Under the pieces are notes generated by a model. That model ran no database searches and was not told where the DNA came from. It worked only from the letters and a program-made list of their open reading frames with translations. Below, piece by piece: positions 52,692 to 61,842 of a DNA stretch of 64,000 nucleotides. This stretch comes from Candidatus Poseidoniaceae archaeon (lineage in GTDB: Archaea > Thermoplasmatota > Poseidoniia > Poseidoniales > Poseidoniaceae). The position numbers and the translations under genes were made by a program. Position 1 is the stretch's first letter. Every line of letters starts with the position of its first letter. The stretch covers positions 10,603-74,602 of the forward strand of contig CALJHE010000011.1 in the NCBI GenBank assembly GCA_938075675.1, written 5' to 3'.

Positions 52692-52937
52692 ATGGACGTA
52701 ACTCTGTCAAAAACCAGAAAACTATTCTCAGCATCGAATGTTGTTGGGTATCTATTGGGCCTACTCGGGCTTTCTGCATTCGCAGTAACCCAGTTTCTAT
52801 CAGCCCTCATGCCGCTGCTTTTCGCACCAATGGTGTGTGCAGTACTCGGACTTGTGCTCTACAAGAGCCAAGCCGGTCAAAAGTCGAGCAATGCATTTGA
52901 CATCCAGTCAAATGCTGTACCTGAACAATCGGTCTGA
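52692..52937 (+). CDS. Possible small membrane protein (81 aa, 2 TM helices)
   Basis: It is the only plausible ORF in a 480-bp gap. It has the hydrophobic segments VVGYLLGLLGLSAFAV and LMPLLFAPMVCAVLGLVLY. There is no homology support. Confidence 0.3.
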   Translation: MDVTLSKTRKLFSASNVVGYLLGLLGLSAFAVTQFLSALMPLLFAPMVCAVLGLVLYKSQAGQKSSNAFDIQSNAVPEQSV

Positions 52938-52966
52938 AACTCGTTGAAGAATCGCTCGGATACCGA

Positions 52967-53920
52967 TCAAACGCTTCGGGTTGTTTCAATCCGACGAACG
53001 GTTCCACTTTCGACATCGATAACTTCGCCGAATGTTGTGGTGTGCTTTTCTCCGAGAATCGCAGCAGGTAGATACCCATCGCAGACACCTGATGCGGCAA
53101 AAATGGCATTCTCGCTCTTGCACAAGTCATGGGCTTCCCACAGACGAGTCAAATCGTCACCTACCATCTTTCCAGCACGGGCTTCCTCTTCATCGGAGCG
53201 GAACACAAGCCGTCCTTCAAAGACCCCACCAAGACCACGTATGGCTGTGGCTGAGATGACTCCTTCAGGAGCAGCACCGATTCCCATCAATAAATCGAAT
53301 GGACCGTCTGGGCGTGCTGCCCAAATAGCGCCAGAGACATCACCGTCCCCCATCAGTTCCAATTGAGCACCGCTTGCTCTGATTTCCTTAAACAACTCAG
53401 AATGGCGTTCACGGTCAAGAGCGACAACACGAACATCGGAGACTGCTTTGTCCAATGCCGCCGCAGTTTGTTCAAGGTTGTAGGCAACCCCACCGTCAAG
53501 ACTGATGTGACCTACGAGTTCAGGACCGCCTGCAATCTTGTCCATGTAACAATCCGGAGCATGCAAAAGCGTGCCACGAGGTGCTGCAGCGAGAACTGCA
53601 ATTGAGTTTGGAGAATTTGAGGCACAGTTGTTGGTGCATTCAAGAGGATCTACGGCTATGTCTATTTGAGGAGCGCCGGCAACGCCAACCATGCTCCCAA
53701 TTTCTTCTCCGATGTAGAGCATGGGTGCTTCGTCTCGCTCGCCTTCACCAATGGCCACGCGCCCATCAAAAGGTACGTTGTCAAAGGTGCGCCGCATGGC
53801 CTCTACAGCCGCTTCGTCAGCCTTGTCTTTTTCACCAAGGCCGCGCCATGCCGCACTGGAAATTGCCGCTTGGTCCACGGCTTCTAAGAAGTGGTGGTAA
53901 AGGTCGCCTACACTGCCCAT
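52967..53920 (-). CDS. glpX: Class II fructose-1,6-bisphosphatase (GlpX type)
   Basis: GlpX-like motifs run throughout: ADEAAVEAMR, GEGERDEAPMLYIGE, AVDPLECTN and LMGIGAAPEGV. Confidence 0.9.
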   Translation of the reverse strand: MGSVGDLYHHFLEAVDQAAISSAAWRGLGEKDKADEAAVEAMRRTFDNVPFDGRVAIGEGERDEAPMLYIGEEIGSMVGVAGAPQIDIAVDPLECTNNCASNSPNSIAVLAAAPRGTLLHAPDCYMDKIAGGPELVGHISLDGGVAYNLEQTAAALDKAVSDVRVVALDRERHSELFKEIRASGAQLELMGDGDVSGAIWAARPDGPFDLLMGIGAAPEGVISATAIRGLGGVFEGRLVFRSDEEEARAGKMVGDDLTRLWEAHDLCKSENAIFAASGVCDGYLPAAILGEKHTTTFGEVIDVESGTVRRIETTRSV

Positions 53921-53979
53921 GATTCACGACGGGCGCGCCCCATCCATGAATGAAACGGTTTGATTCAACGGAGGAATTT

Positions 53980-54624
53980 TCATTCAACCGAGCCAACTTC
54001 ATCGTCTGAAGCATCCTCAAACGATTCGTAAGACCAAACTTTGGTTGTCACGAAAGCAAGAAGAACGATCTTGCCAAAGTCCCACAAAAGGAACGGCTCT
54101 GTACCCCATGCAAAGGCTTGAGCGATGTCCACAGCATAGGCTTCAGCCAACCAAAGAGTTCCGAAAATGTAGACAGGAATCATGGCAAGAGTCCAGCAGA
54201 TGATTTGCGCCTTAATGTCTGCAACTCCCGCTTTTCTTGAACGGTCCAAACCTTCTGCAATCAATGCTGAAGCAACTGGGAAGGCAAGGAGGTATCCTCC
54301 CGAAGCAATGAGTTGTGAACCGGAAAACAAACCACTGGCTCCACCGGCGAACACCGGAGCGCCAACTGCACCGGCGATGAGGTAAACAGCACCGGAAAGG
54401 AATGCATCGTTTCTTCGCAAGTAAACTCCAGCAGCCATGATGGAGAATGTTTGGAACGTGTAAGGCACTGGCGTCCATGTGGTTGGGAGAGCAAGTTGAG
54501 CGCATAAGGCGGTTAACCCTGCAAAGAAGAAAATGCCTATGGCTCGCTCAAGAAGTGTCGATTCATCGTGCGATAGGGCAAGGTGCCACTTCGTAGGTTG
54601 CGTCAAATTCAACTGGCTGAGCAT
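53980..54624 (-). CDS. bioY: BioY-family biotin transporter S component
   Basis: VPYTFQTFSIMAAGVYL...YLIAGAVGAPVFAGG is present, with a six-TM layout. Confidence 0.8.
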   Translation of the reverse strand: MLSQLNLTQPTKWHLALSHDESTLLERAIGIFFFAGLTALCAQLALPTTWTPVPYTFQTFSIMAAGVYLRRNDAFLSGAVYLIAGAVGAPVFAGGASGLFSGSQLIASGGYLLAFPVASALIAEGLDRSRKAGVADIKAQIICWTLAMIPVYIFGTLWLAEAYAVDIAQAFAWGTEPFLLWDFGKIVLLAFVTTKVWSYESFEDASDDEVGSVE

Positions 54625-54674
54625 GTTGTGTCGTTGACTGAGAAGTTCTTAGTCGTTGATGAGCAACATTGTGA

Positions 54675-56243
54675 TTATTCGTCGTTCATGACCACTTCTT
54701 GGTCTTCACTTCGGCATTGCTCAGCTTCACAGATTTGTGGCAGCGTTGATGCGTCAAGCATCTCTGCTGATTGTACTGGAGAAGTCATCTCACCGTTGGC
54801 AACATAGAGGCTTGGCCCGTTGCCCATGAAGTAGACTGAACCACGGCCGGCACGGGAATCCTGCGGTTGTGAATTGTTCCCAGTTGCGCAAGCATCGATG
54901 CAACCATCTGCGAACGCGATGTAGACTCTTCCTTCAAGATCGATTGTGAGGTCATTGAAATCGAGCAGGTTTCGGTTTGAGCCACCTTCATCGGTACGGC
55001 AATCGCCACTGTTTAGGCACATGCTGCCAATTTGAACAGGGTCGTCTGACACTCGGTAGGTGTGGAAAGTTGGGTTCTCATCCAGTGCATTTAGACTGTA
55101 AGTGACGTAGAGATGGTAATGCACGCCACTTGGCGCGTAATGGCCATTCCCGTTCCAATTATTTCCATCAATGTCCGTTGTATTGAGCAAGGATACGTTT
55201 TCGCTTCCAAGATACGTTATCGCAATTCTTCCAGGGTCACCAGCATCTGTTTGAGGGAATGTCGTTGAAATGACGCCCGCTGGACTGATGCGAATACTTT
55301 CTGAATCCCAGGTATCTCCTGAATCAGTACTTCGAGCCATGTAAATCCCTTGATCGCCTCCTGTCCAAACGTGATAGGCGTTGGATTCAGTGTCGGTTGC
55401 AACTTCGGAGTTTTTACGCGGATTTGGAGTCGATACGTCCTGCCCCATTTCACGAGTATCCCAAGTAAGGCCGTTATCCTTCGAGTAAATGATTGCAGGA
55501 GTTTCAACTCTTGGAGTCACATAGACCGTACCATCGGGAGCAGTGGTAATGGCTCCATGCAAACCTCCGTTACTGGTTGCAAGTCCGTAGATTTGGCCTC
55601 CGGTCGGGAAAGTGGCACCTCCATCGTAACTGGTGTAGCAGAAAATCCCAGCCAACTTGTTGTAACAGAAATACACTGCTTCAGAGTACAGCGGACTAAG
55701 TTGTCCGATTCCACCATAACCAGAATCAGTCCATGGTCCAGAACCTAATTTGATGTGATCATTGAGAGGAACTGGACCGCTGTCGTATGGATTGCCCATC
55801 CAGGTTTCCCCATCGTCATCCGACCAACCAATCCAAGTCGTTGCAAGCCCCATCATGTGGATGTTGAAAATTCGGTCAGTTACCGGGTCGACCCATCCGT
55901 ACGGATCGCTGGTGAACGGAGCTTGTGTTATGTCGGCGGTATTTTCCCAACTCTCTCCATGGTCGCAAGAGCGCATTGGTTTTTCCATAGCGATGAAGAA
56001 CATGCATCCACTTGAAGTGATGCCAATGCTTGGTTCCTTACCGGTTTCACCAACATCGCTGAACACGAAATCCATCTCAAGAGGCATCTCATCAACGGCC
56101 ATACCTGTGCCGTCGGTGACGAAGATTCGCTTGTCCATTTCAGGTTCTGTTTCGACCTCAATCTCCACATCATCCGTACCAAAACAACCTGCCATAGACA
56201 TCGTCGTCACAAGGAGAACCAACATCATAGCCTTTGCTCGCAT
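54675..56243 (-). CDS. Secreted BNR/Asp-box repeat beta-propeller (sialidase-like glycosidase fold), possible lipoprotein
   Basis: There are five Asp-box-like motifs: SCDHGESW, SDDDGETW, SYDGGATF, SKDNGLTW and STDSGDTW. The signal peptide ends in MSMAGC. The ATG at 56243 is preferred over the TTG at 56285. Confidence 0.8.
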   Translation of the reverse strand: MRAKAMMLVLLVTTMSMAGCFGTDDVEIEVETEPEMDKRIFVTDGTGMAVDEMPLEMDFVFSDVGETGKEPSIGITSSGCMFFIAMEKPMRSCDHGESWENTADITQAPFTSDPYGWVDPVTDRIFNIHMMGLATTWIGWSDDDGETWMGNPYDSGPVPLNDHIKLGSGPWTDSGYGGIGQLSPLYSEAVYFCYNKLAGIFCYTSYDGGATFPTGGQIYGLATSNGGLHGAITTAPDGTVYVTPRVETPAIIYSKDNGLTWDTREMGQDVSTPNPRKNSEVATDTESNAYHVWTGGDQGIYMARSTDSGDTWDSESIRISPAGVISTTFPQTDAGDPGRIAITYLGSENVSLLNTTDIDGNNWNGNGHYAPSGVHYHLYVTYSLNALDENPTFHTYRVSDDPVQIGSMCLNSGDCRTDEGGSNRNLLDFNDLTIDLEGRVYIAFADGCIDACATGNNSQPQDSRAGRGSVYFMGNGPSLYVANGEMTSPVQSAEMLDASTLPQICEAEQCRSEDQEVVMNDE

Positions 56244-56338
56244 GGTTGCCCCTGCCTGCCAACCAATAATGACTTTACGATTCAAAATTTTGAAAATACC
56301 GGCGAACTCTTGAAGGTATCAAGAACAATAAACACCCC

Positions 56339-58042
56339 ATGGCAGAGTTCTTGCACTTTGATTACCCACTCCCCAACGACGAAGAAGTCGAACATATTTG
56401 GGACGATATATCTCGGCTACGTCATGAAGTGTATGCCACTGAATTACAGCAATACGATGCCAATTCAGAACAGAAAATCGAAGACCCCGGAAGGCATTTC
56501 ATCGCATGTCTGGAGGACGGTGTGCTTGCAGGATACATTAGTCTCAATCCACCTCAAGAAAAACCGTTCCGAATAACCACTTATTTTTCCAAAGAAACGC
56601 TTGAGCAAACGGTCTACGCAGAATGCAGTCATCGACTCAACTCCACCTTTGAAGTCCGAGCACTAACCGTCAATCCGATCTTTCGAGGTCAGAACATTTC
56701 CTTCCGATTGATGCGGTATGCGCTTGAATTTATCCTTGAAAGAGACGGCACAGATATCGTTGCCATGGGTCATTCCGGTGTTGCTGACTTGTACCGAAAA
56801 AACGGCATGACCGTCTTCGATGAACACGGGGTTCTGCACGGTGAAACACTGTATTACCCGATGTACCTGAACCCGTTGACGGTGATGAAGGAACACGCTC
56901 AGCGTATTGATGACGACATCGCCGCTGAAGAGGAAGATGATGTTTGCTACCACGGTGGAAAGTCATGGGATACTTCGAAATTCGATTTTAAAGTTCGAGA
57001 TTCATTGGTGGTTGCCGATGTCCTCGATAGTCCGTTTCCGCCTTGCCCCGAAGCACTCGAGGTACTGCGAGAGCAACTTGAACGATGTTGCCAAGAATCT
57101 CCACCGACGCAATGTGAAGAACTGATTGAAACGGTTGCTCATGTGCGTGGAGTGAACGCCAAACATGTGGCCGTGTCTTCGGGCTCTTCCTCGTTGATGT
57201 TCTCGTTCCTTCCGCAATTGCTCAACCAAGATTCAAACGTGCTGGTTCTCTCGCCAATGTACGGTGAATACAGTCACATCCTAACCCATGTGATTGGTTG
57301 CCATATGACGAATTTTGTTCTTGAGCAAGATGACGGTTTTCGAATCAATGCTGATGATTTGGTCGAACAATCTCGCCTCCATGATGCAGTGATTTTTGTC
57401 AATCCCAACAGCCCTACGGGCGTTTACTGCGAAGAAATGAGTGACATCGTTCGTCGAATCCAAGATGAAAGTGAATCTCCTACCCGCTGTAAGATGATTT
57501 GGGTTGATGAAACCTACATCGATTACATGCCGGATGCTCAATCGCTGGAACCGATGGTTGAAACAACACCTAGCCTCATCGTCTGTAAAAGCATGAGCAA
57601 ATGCTACGCGCTGTCTGGACTTCGTGTTGCCTACGCAGTCGGTCAAAAAATGACCGAACTTCGAAGGTTTATTCCGCCGTGGGCAGTCAGCCTCCCCGGG
57701 CAATTGGCAGCCGTTGCAGCACTTCGTAATCCCGTATATTACCGACAGCAATACGACATCATTCACCAGCAAAGAGAAGAGCTTAGCCGTTTGTTGCAAG
57801 AAGAGATGTTCACCGTCCTGCCGGGGGTTGCTAATTTCATCTTGACCTTTTTACCTGAACAAACGCACCATACCTCTTCCTCATTTATCGAAGCGTGTAA
57901 AGAGAAAGGGGTATTCATTCGAGATGCCCAAAATATGGGAGTTACACTCACCAATAAGGCCGTACGATTCGCCATTCGTTCACAAAAAGAAAACGCACGA
58001 ATACTGCAATGCGTCAAAGAAGTTCTTTCTGAGAATTACTGA
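56339..58042 (+). CDS. Fusion protein: GNAT-like acyl/acetyltransferase (N) + class I/II PLP aminotransferase, HisC/CobD-like (C)
   Basis: The N-terminal ~190 aa has a GNAT-type core (FEVRALTVNPIFRGQNISFRLMRYAL). The C-terminal part has NPNSPTG and the PLP-lysine motif SMSKCYALSGLRVAY. Confidence 0.8.
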   Translation: MAEFLHFDYPLPNDEEVEHIWDDISRLRHEVYATELQQYDANSEQKIEDPGRHFIACLEDGVLAGYISLNPPQEKPFRITTYFSKETLEQTVYAECSHRLNSTFEVRALTVNPIFRGQNISFRLMRYALEFILERDGTDIVAMGHSGVADLYRKNGMTVFDEHGVLHGETLYYPMYLNPLTVMKEHAQRIDDDIAAEEEDDVCYHGGKSWDTSKFDFKVRDSLVVADVLDSPFPPCPEALEVLREQLERCCQESPPTQCEELIETVAHVRGVNAKHVAVSSGSSSLMFSFLPQLLNQDSNVLVLSPMYGEYSHILTHVIGCHMTNFVLEQDDGFRINADDLVEQSRLHDAVIFVNPNSPTGVYCEEMSDIVRRIQDESESPTRCKMIWVDETYIDYMPDAQSLEPMVETTPSLIVCKSMSKCYALSGLRVAYAVGQKMTELRRFIPPWAVSLPGQLAAVAALRNPVYYRQQYDIIHQQREELSRLLQEEMFTVLPGVANFILTFLPEQTHHTSSSFIEACKEKGVFIRDAQNMGVTLTNKAVRFAIRSQKENARILQCVKEVLSENY

Positions 58043-58485
58043 CCCTTGAACTTCTCAAGCACAACGATGTCAGAAATGGAAGTCCCAGGATACTGGCCGT
58101 TCTCGTCTTTCTCGATGGATTTGACCATGTCCAATGCACACAAGAGGCCGGCGCTTACTCCGGTGAGTGCCTCCATTTCGATACCGGTTTTGTAGTGGGC
58201 AGAAACATGAACGGTACAGCGCAAAGCGTTACCTTCCCATGCCCATTGAACTTTACATCCTTCCAGCGGAATAGGGTGGCAATGCGGTACAATACGTGGC
58301 GTATCTTTCACCGCTTGAATCGCTGCGATGGTTGAGGCTTCCAAAACATCGCCTTTCTTGACTGATTTTGTTTGAATCGCTTGAGCCGATTCAGCGCTTA
58401 GATTGAGGAGTCCTGTTGCCGACGCACGGCGTTCGACAACTGCTTTTGCTCCGATTTCTACGATTCCTTCGATTTCTCTTTCCAT
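58036..58485 (-). CDS. moaC: Cyclic pyranopterin monophosphate synthase accessory protein MoaC
   Basis: VEIGAKAVVERRASATG, KGDVLE..IAAIQAVK, CHPIPL and EMEALTGVSAGLL are present. The ATG at 58485 sits behind AGGAG, and the TTG at 58518 is less likely. Confidence 0.85.
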   Translation of the reverse strand: MEREIEGIVEIGAKAVVERRASATGLLNLSAESAQAIQTKSVKKGDVLEASTIAAIQAVKDTPRIVPHCHPIPLEGCKVQWAWEGNALRCTVHVSAHYKTGIEMEALTGVSAGLLCALDMVKSIEKDENGQYPGTSISDIVVLEKFKGQ

Positions 58486-58496
58486 AGTGTCAACTC

Positions 58497-58946
58497 CTAA
58501 CCGAGACCGGCCTTCCAAGACTCACCATCGCTGGTGACTTCTTTCTTCCACAGAGGGGCCTGCTTCTTGAGTTCGTCGATGAGCCATTCGCACGCTTGGA
58601 AGGCTTCTTTTCGATGCGGACTGCCAACATGGATCGATACGATGGATTCAGACGGTCCAACCGAGCCAACCCTGTGAGCCATTACCACTGCCAACACTCC
58701 GAAGTGCTCGATGGCTTGTTCGGCTAATCCGTGTAAAACTGGTGATAATTGGTTTTGCCATGCATCAAATTCGAGACGCAAGACATCAGCATCACCTTCC
58801 TTGCCTCGGGTTATTCCCAAAAAAGAGACGATTGCGCCACAACCTTCGGTTGGCAATTTGGCTTTGAGAGCATTTTCATCGAGCGATTCAAGCGCCTCTT
58901 CGATGAGAATGAAGCCCGACATGGACGCACGAGTGGAACGCATCAT
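58497..58946 (-). CDS. moaE: Molybdopterin synthase catalytic subunit MoaE
   Basis: GAIVSFLGITRG, HRVGSVGPSESIVSIHVGSPHRKEAF and APLWKKE are present. Confidence 0.85.
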   Translation of the reverse strand: MMRSTRASMSGFILIEEALESLDENALKAKLPTEGCGAIVSFLGITRGKEGDADVLRLEFDAWQNQLSPVLHGLAEQAIEHFGVLAVVMAHRVGSVGPSESIVSIHVGSPHRKEAFQACEWLIDELKKQAPLWKKEVTSDGESWKAGLG

Positions 58947-58963
58947 TCAAACCTCACGCCTGT

Positions 58964-60226
58964 ATGGGTGTTGTCATGGGCAACGATGAGGCCATCCACA
59001 TCATGGGCGCAGGACTCTCAGGTCTTGCGGCTGCAACGGTGTTGGCCAAGGGTGGCAAAGAAGTCCATGTTCACGATATTCGTGCAGATTCTGGTGCTCG
59101 GTTTGACGGTGACTTCCAAGCCTTGGAAAATTGGAGCATGGGCGTCGACTTCTTCGAACAATTGAAGGAATGGGGATTTGATTTATCGGAGTTCAAAGCC
59201 ACTGAATTTAACGTGGTTGACCTCATCCATCCCGACGATGTCATCACTCAAGCAACCACGCCAGGCACTGCATACCGTATCATCGAGCGTGGTACATCCG
59301 ACCACACCATCGACCAAGGTTTCAAGCGACAAGCCTTAGCTGCAGGTGTACAAATTCACTACAAATCGAGAGTCAAAGAAGAAGACTGCACCATCATTGC
59401 TTGCGGTCCAAAAGGAACTTCTGCAGTCGCCTATGGAGAAATTTTTCATACCGACCATCCAAACCACATCGGATTCCAACTCAACGACAAATTAGCACCT
59501 GGTTCCTACTCTTACCTCATCATCATCGATGGTGTTGGCTTAATCTGCACGTGCCTGTGGAGAAAACAAAAGAAAAGTGAACGGTTTCTCAACGAAACGA
59601 TTGCATGGTATGAAGCCCATTATCCAAACTTGAATCGAAAACCAATCAAACGTGTTGGTGGCAAGGGTGATTTCACCATCAACAGCAATTACAAACAAGA
59701 CGGACGCTATTACGTCGGAGAATCAGGTGGACTACAGGATTTCATGTGGGGCTTCGGCATGAGAATGGCAGTCTGGTCAGGCGTTCTGGCCGCCAATGAG
59801 ATCCTCGGCAAAGGCGACTACGAAGCAGATGTCAGAGAGCATCTCATGCCGTATGTTCGTACCAGTGTTGCCAACCGTTGGCTGATGAATCGAGTTGGAG
59901 ACCGCATGTTCAAACGTATGTGTAAGGCTTGGATGAAAGACCAGAAGAAGCGTGGAGATGGCTTAATTTGGATTGGAAAACTGTTCCGCCCAACCTTGCT
60001 CAAATCTCTTCTCTACCGAATCGTCAATCCGTTCATGCTGGAGAAAGATCCGAAGGCGCATGGACGAGGAGTGCGTCGAATGCCGTTCCGTAAAGCGCTC
60101 AAACGAGATGTCTGGGAGCAATCCCCGGAAGCAGTTGCAATTGGCGAGCAGTGGACTGAAGTTCGCAAACAAGGAGCAAAACTCTCCTTTTCCAAAGATA
60201 CCGAAACGGACAGTGAACCCCAGTAA
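58964..60226 (+). CDS. FAD/NAD(P)-binding oxidoreductase (geranylgeranyl-reductase-like fold)
   Basis: The N-terminal dinucleotide-binding motif is IHIMGAGLSGLAAATVLAKGGKEVHVHD. The specific subfamily was not recognised. Confidence 0.7.
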   Translation: MGVVMGNDEAIHIMGAGLSGLAAATVLAKGGKEVHVHDIRADSGARFDGDFQALENWSMGVDFFEQLKEWGFDLSEFKATEFNVVDLIHPDDVITQATTPGTAYRIIERGTSDHTIDQGFKRQALAAGVQIHYKSRVKEEDCTIIACGPKGTSAVAYGEIFHTDHPNHIGFQLNDKLAPGSYSYLIIIDGVGLICTCLWRKQKKSERFLNETIAWYEAHYPNLNRKPIKRVGGKGDFTINSNYKQDGRYYVGESGGLQDFMWGFGMRMAVWSGVLAANEILGKGDYEADVREHLMPYVRTSVANRWLMNRVGDRMFKRMCKAWMKDQKKRGDGLIWIGKLFRPTLLKSLLYRIVNPFMLEKDPKAHGRGVRRMPFRKALKRDVWEQSPEAVAIGEQWTEVRKQGAKLSFSKDTETDSEPQ

Positions 60227-60270
60227 GTGAAAGCGATTTGTTCTTAATGCGAATCCGTGTGGGTCGATGT

Positions 60271-61137
60271 ATGAGCGACCTCTACGGACTCAAACTCGAA
60301 CCTATGCCTAACCGCCTTGTCAACTACGGTGTAACCACCAACGGTATTGCGGTGATTGAACTCACATCCGATTCTGCTGGTGCACCATTGGAAGGAGCAA
60401 ACGACCGCTCCCCCAATACCTACACACACGGTATGATGTGCGATATTGATGATGCAATTGTCAAGGCTCGTTTCGATGACGATGTAACTTGCATCGTCTT
60501 GACCGGTAACGGAGCATCTTTCTTTTCCGCAGGCGCATCGATTCAAATGTTGAACAGCGTCACTCCTGGATTCAAGTACAACTTCTGTCTTCACGCCAAC
60601 GAAACTCTTTCTCGACTTGAGCAAACTTCGAAACTGGTCGTTTGTGCAATCAACGGCCACGCAGTTGGTGGCGGTCTTGAAATCGCTATGGCCGCAGATA
60701 TTCGAATCGCTCGAAAGAACGCAGGCAAAGTCGGACTTCCGGAAATCAACCTTGGTGTTCTCGCTGGAACCGGTGGAACAGCTCGCTTGACTCGACTCAT
60801 TGGCAAGGCAAAGGCTCTTGAAATGATGGTCACCGGCGAACTCATGTCGTTTGAGGACGCACACGGATGCAACCTGATCAATCACATTTGGGAAGGCTCA
60901 GCAGAAGATTTCCGCCGAGATATTCTCGACTGGTGCAGTCAATTCACTCTGCCAAACAAGGCAGTCAAGGCTGTTGGAAACATCAAGCGTTCTTGCCAAA
61001 CTGGTCCAGAAATTCCATTCGAATACCACTTGGCTCTCGAACGTGAGTTGCAAGCGTCCTTGTTCAACAGCAGCGATGCGAAGGAAGGAATTGCAGCCTA
61101 TGTCGAAAAGCGTGTTGCAAACTTCACTGGCCAGTGA
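60271..61137 (+). CDS. Enoyl-CoA hydratase/isomerase family
   Basis: NGHAVGGGLEIAMAADIRIA is present. The start was set to the ATG at 60271. Confidence 0.85.
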   Translation: MSDLYGLKLEPMPNRLVNYGVTTNGIAVIELTSDSAGAPLEGANDRSPNTYTHGMMCDIDDAIVKARFDDDVTCIVLTGNGASFFSAGASIQMLNSVTPGFKYNFCLHANETLSRLEQTSKLVVCAINGHAVGGGLEIAMAADIRIARKNAGKVGLPEINLGVLAGTGGTARLTRLIGKAKALEMMVTGELMSFEDAHGCNLINHIWEGSAEDFRRDILDWCSQFTLPNKAVKAVGNIKRSCQTGPEIPFEYHLALERELQASLFNSSDAKEGIAAYVEKRVANFTGQ

Positions 61138-61141
61138 TTGA

Positions 61142-61777
61142 ATGTCAATATGGCATCAGCGCTGGAATGAGAACCGTATCGGTTTTCATCGGCTTGAAGC
61201 GAACCCGACCTTGGATGAACATTGGTCTTCACTTGCTCTTCAAAACAGCGCCAAGGTACTTGTTCCCTTGTGCGGTAAATCCCTCGACATGCATTGGTTG
61301 CATGAACAAGGTCACACCGTTGTAGGGATTGAACTGGTCGAAAAGGCGGTCAAGCAGTTTTTCGAAGACGCTTCAGCGTCCGCAGTTGTGGACAAGAAAC
61401 CAACAGGAACGAAATACTCCACAGAAAGCATTCACATCTATCATGCCGACTTCTTTGAAGTCCAACCCGATGAAGCACCGTTTGATGCTTGGTACGACCG
61501 AGCAGCACTCGTTGCTCTTCCCTCGTCCATGCGTCAAGCCTATGTTGAACAACTGTGTAACCTCACTTCCAAGGGCAGTCAAGGCCTCATGGTCACCTTT
61601 GATTATCCGCAGAATGAAATGCAGGGGCCACCTTTTGCACTGCCGGATTCAGAAGTCGAATCCTTATTTTCAAAGCATTTCCAAGTCCTCCGAATTCAAT
61701 GGAGTGACCTCCTAGAAGAAGAACAACGCGACCTCAGTCGATGCAGCCTCTCCGTTTTCGTATTGACACGACGCTAG
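61142..61777 (+). CDS. Thiopurine S-methyltransferase (TPMT) family SAM-dependent methyltransferase
   Basis: W..RW......FH is followed by VLVPLCGKSLDMHWLHEQGHTVVGIELVEKAV and a later WYDRAALVALP, which are TPMT-family motifs. Confidence 0.8.
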   Translation: MSIWHQRWNENRIGFHRLEANPTLDEHWSSLALQNSAKVLVPLCGKSLDMHWLHEQGHTVVGIELVEKAVKQFFEDASASAVVDKKPTGTKYSTESIHIYHADFFEVQPDEAPFDAWYDRAALVALPSSMRQAYVEQLCNLTSKGSQGLMVTFDYPQNEMQGPPFALPDSEVESLFSKHFQVLRIQWSDLLEEEQRDLSRCSLSVFVLTRR

Positions 61778-61842
61778 AAGACTCTCTGTTTTCCAATTGA
61801 ACCCGGGGCCATAATGAAGTAGTAGAGGCAATAAGTATTGTC

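Noticed and set aside
52487-52810. An upstream in-frame extension of the HTH_10 regulator ORF (316 aa in the track).
   Set aside because: The composition is not protein-like (SLYFFLSSSYRRF...). Family members are usually about 210 aa, and the Met at 52486 begins the conserved N-terminal module.
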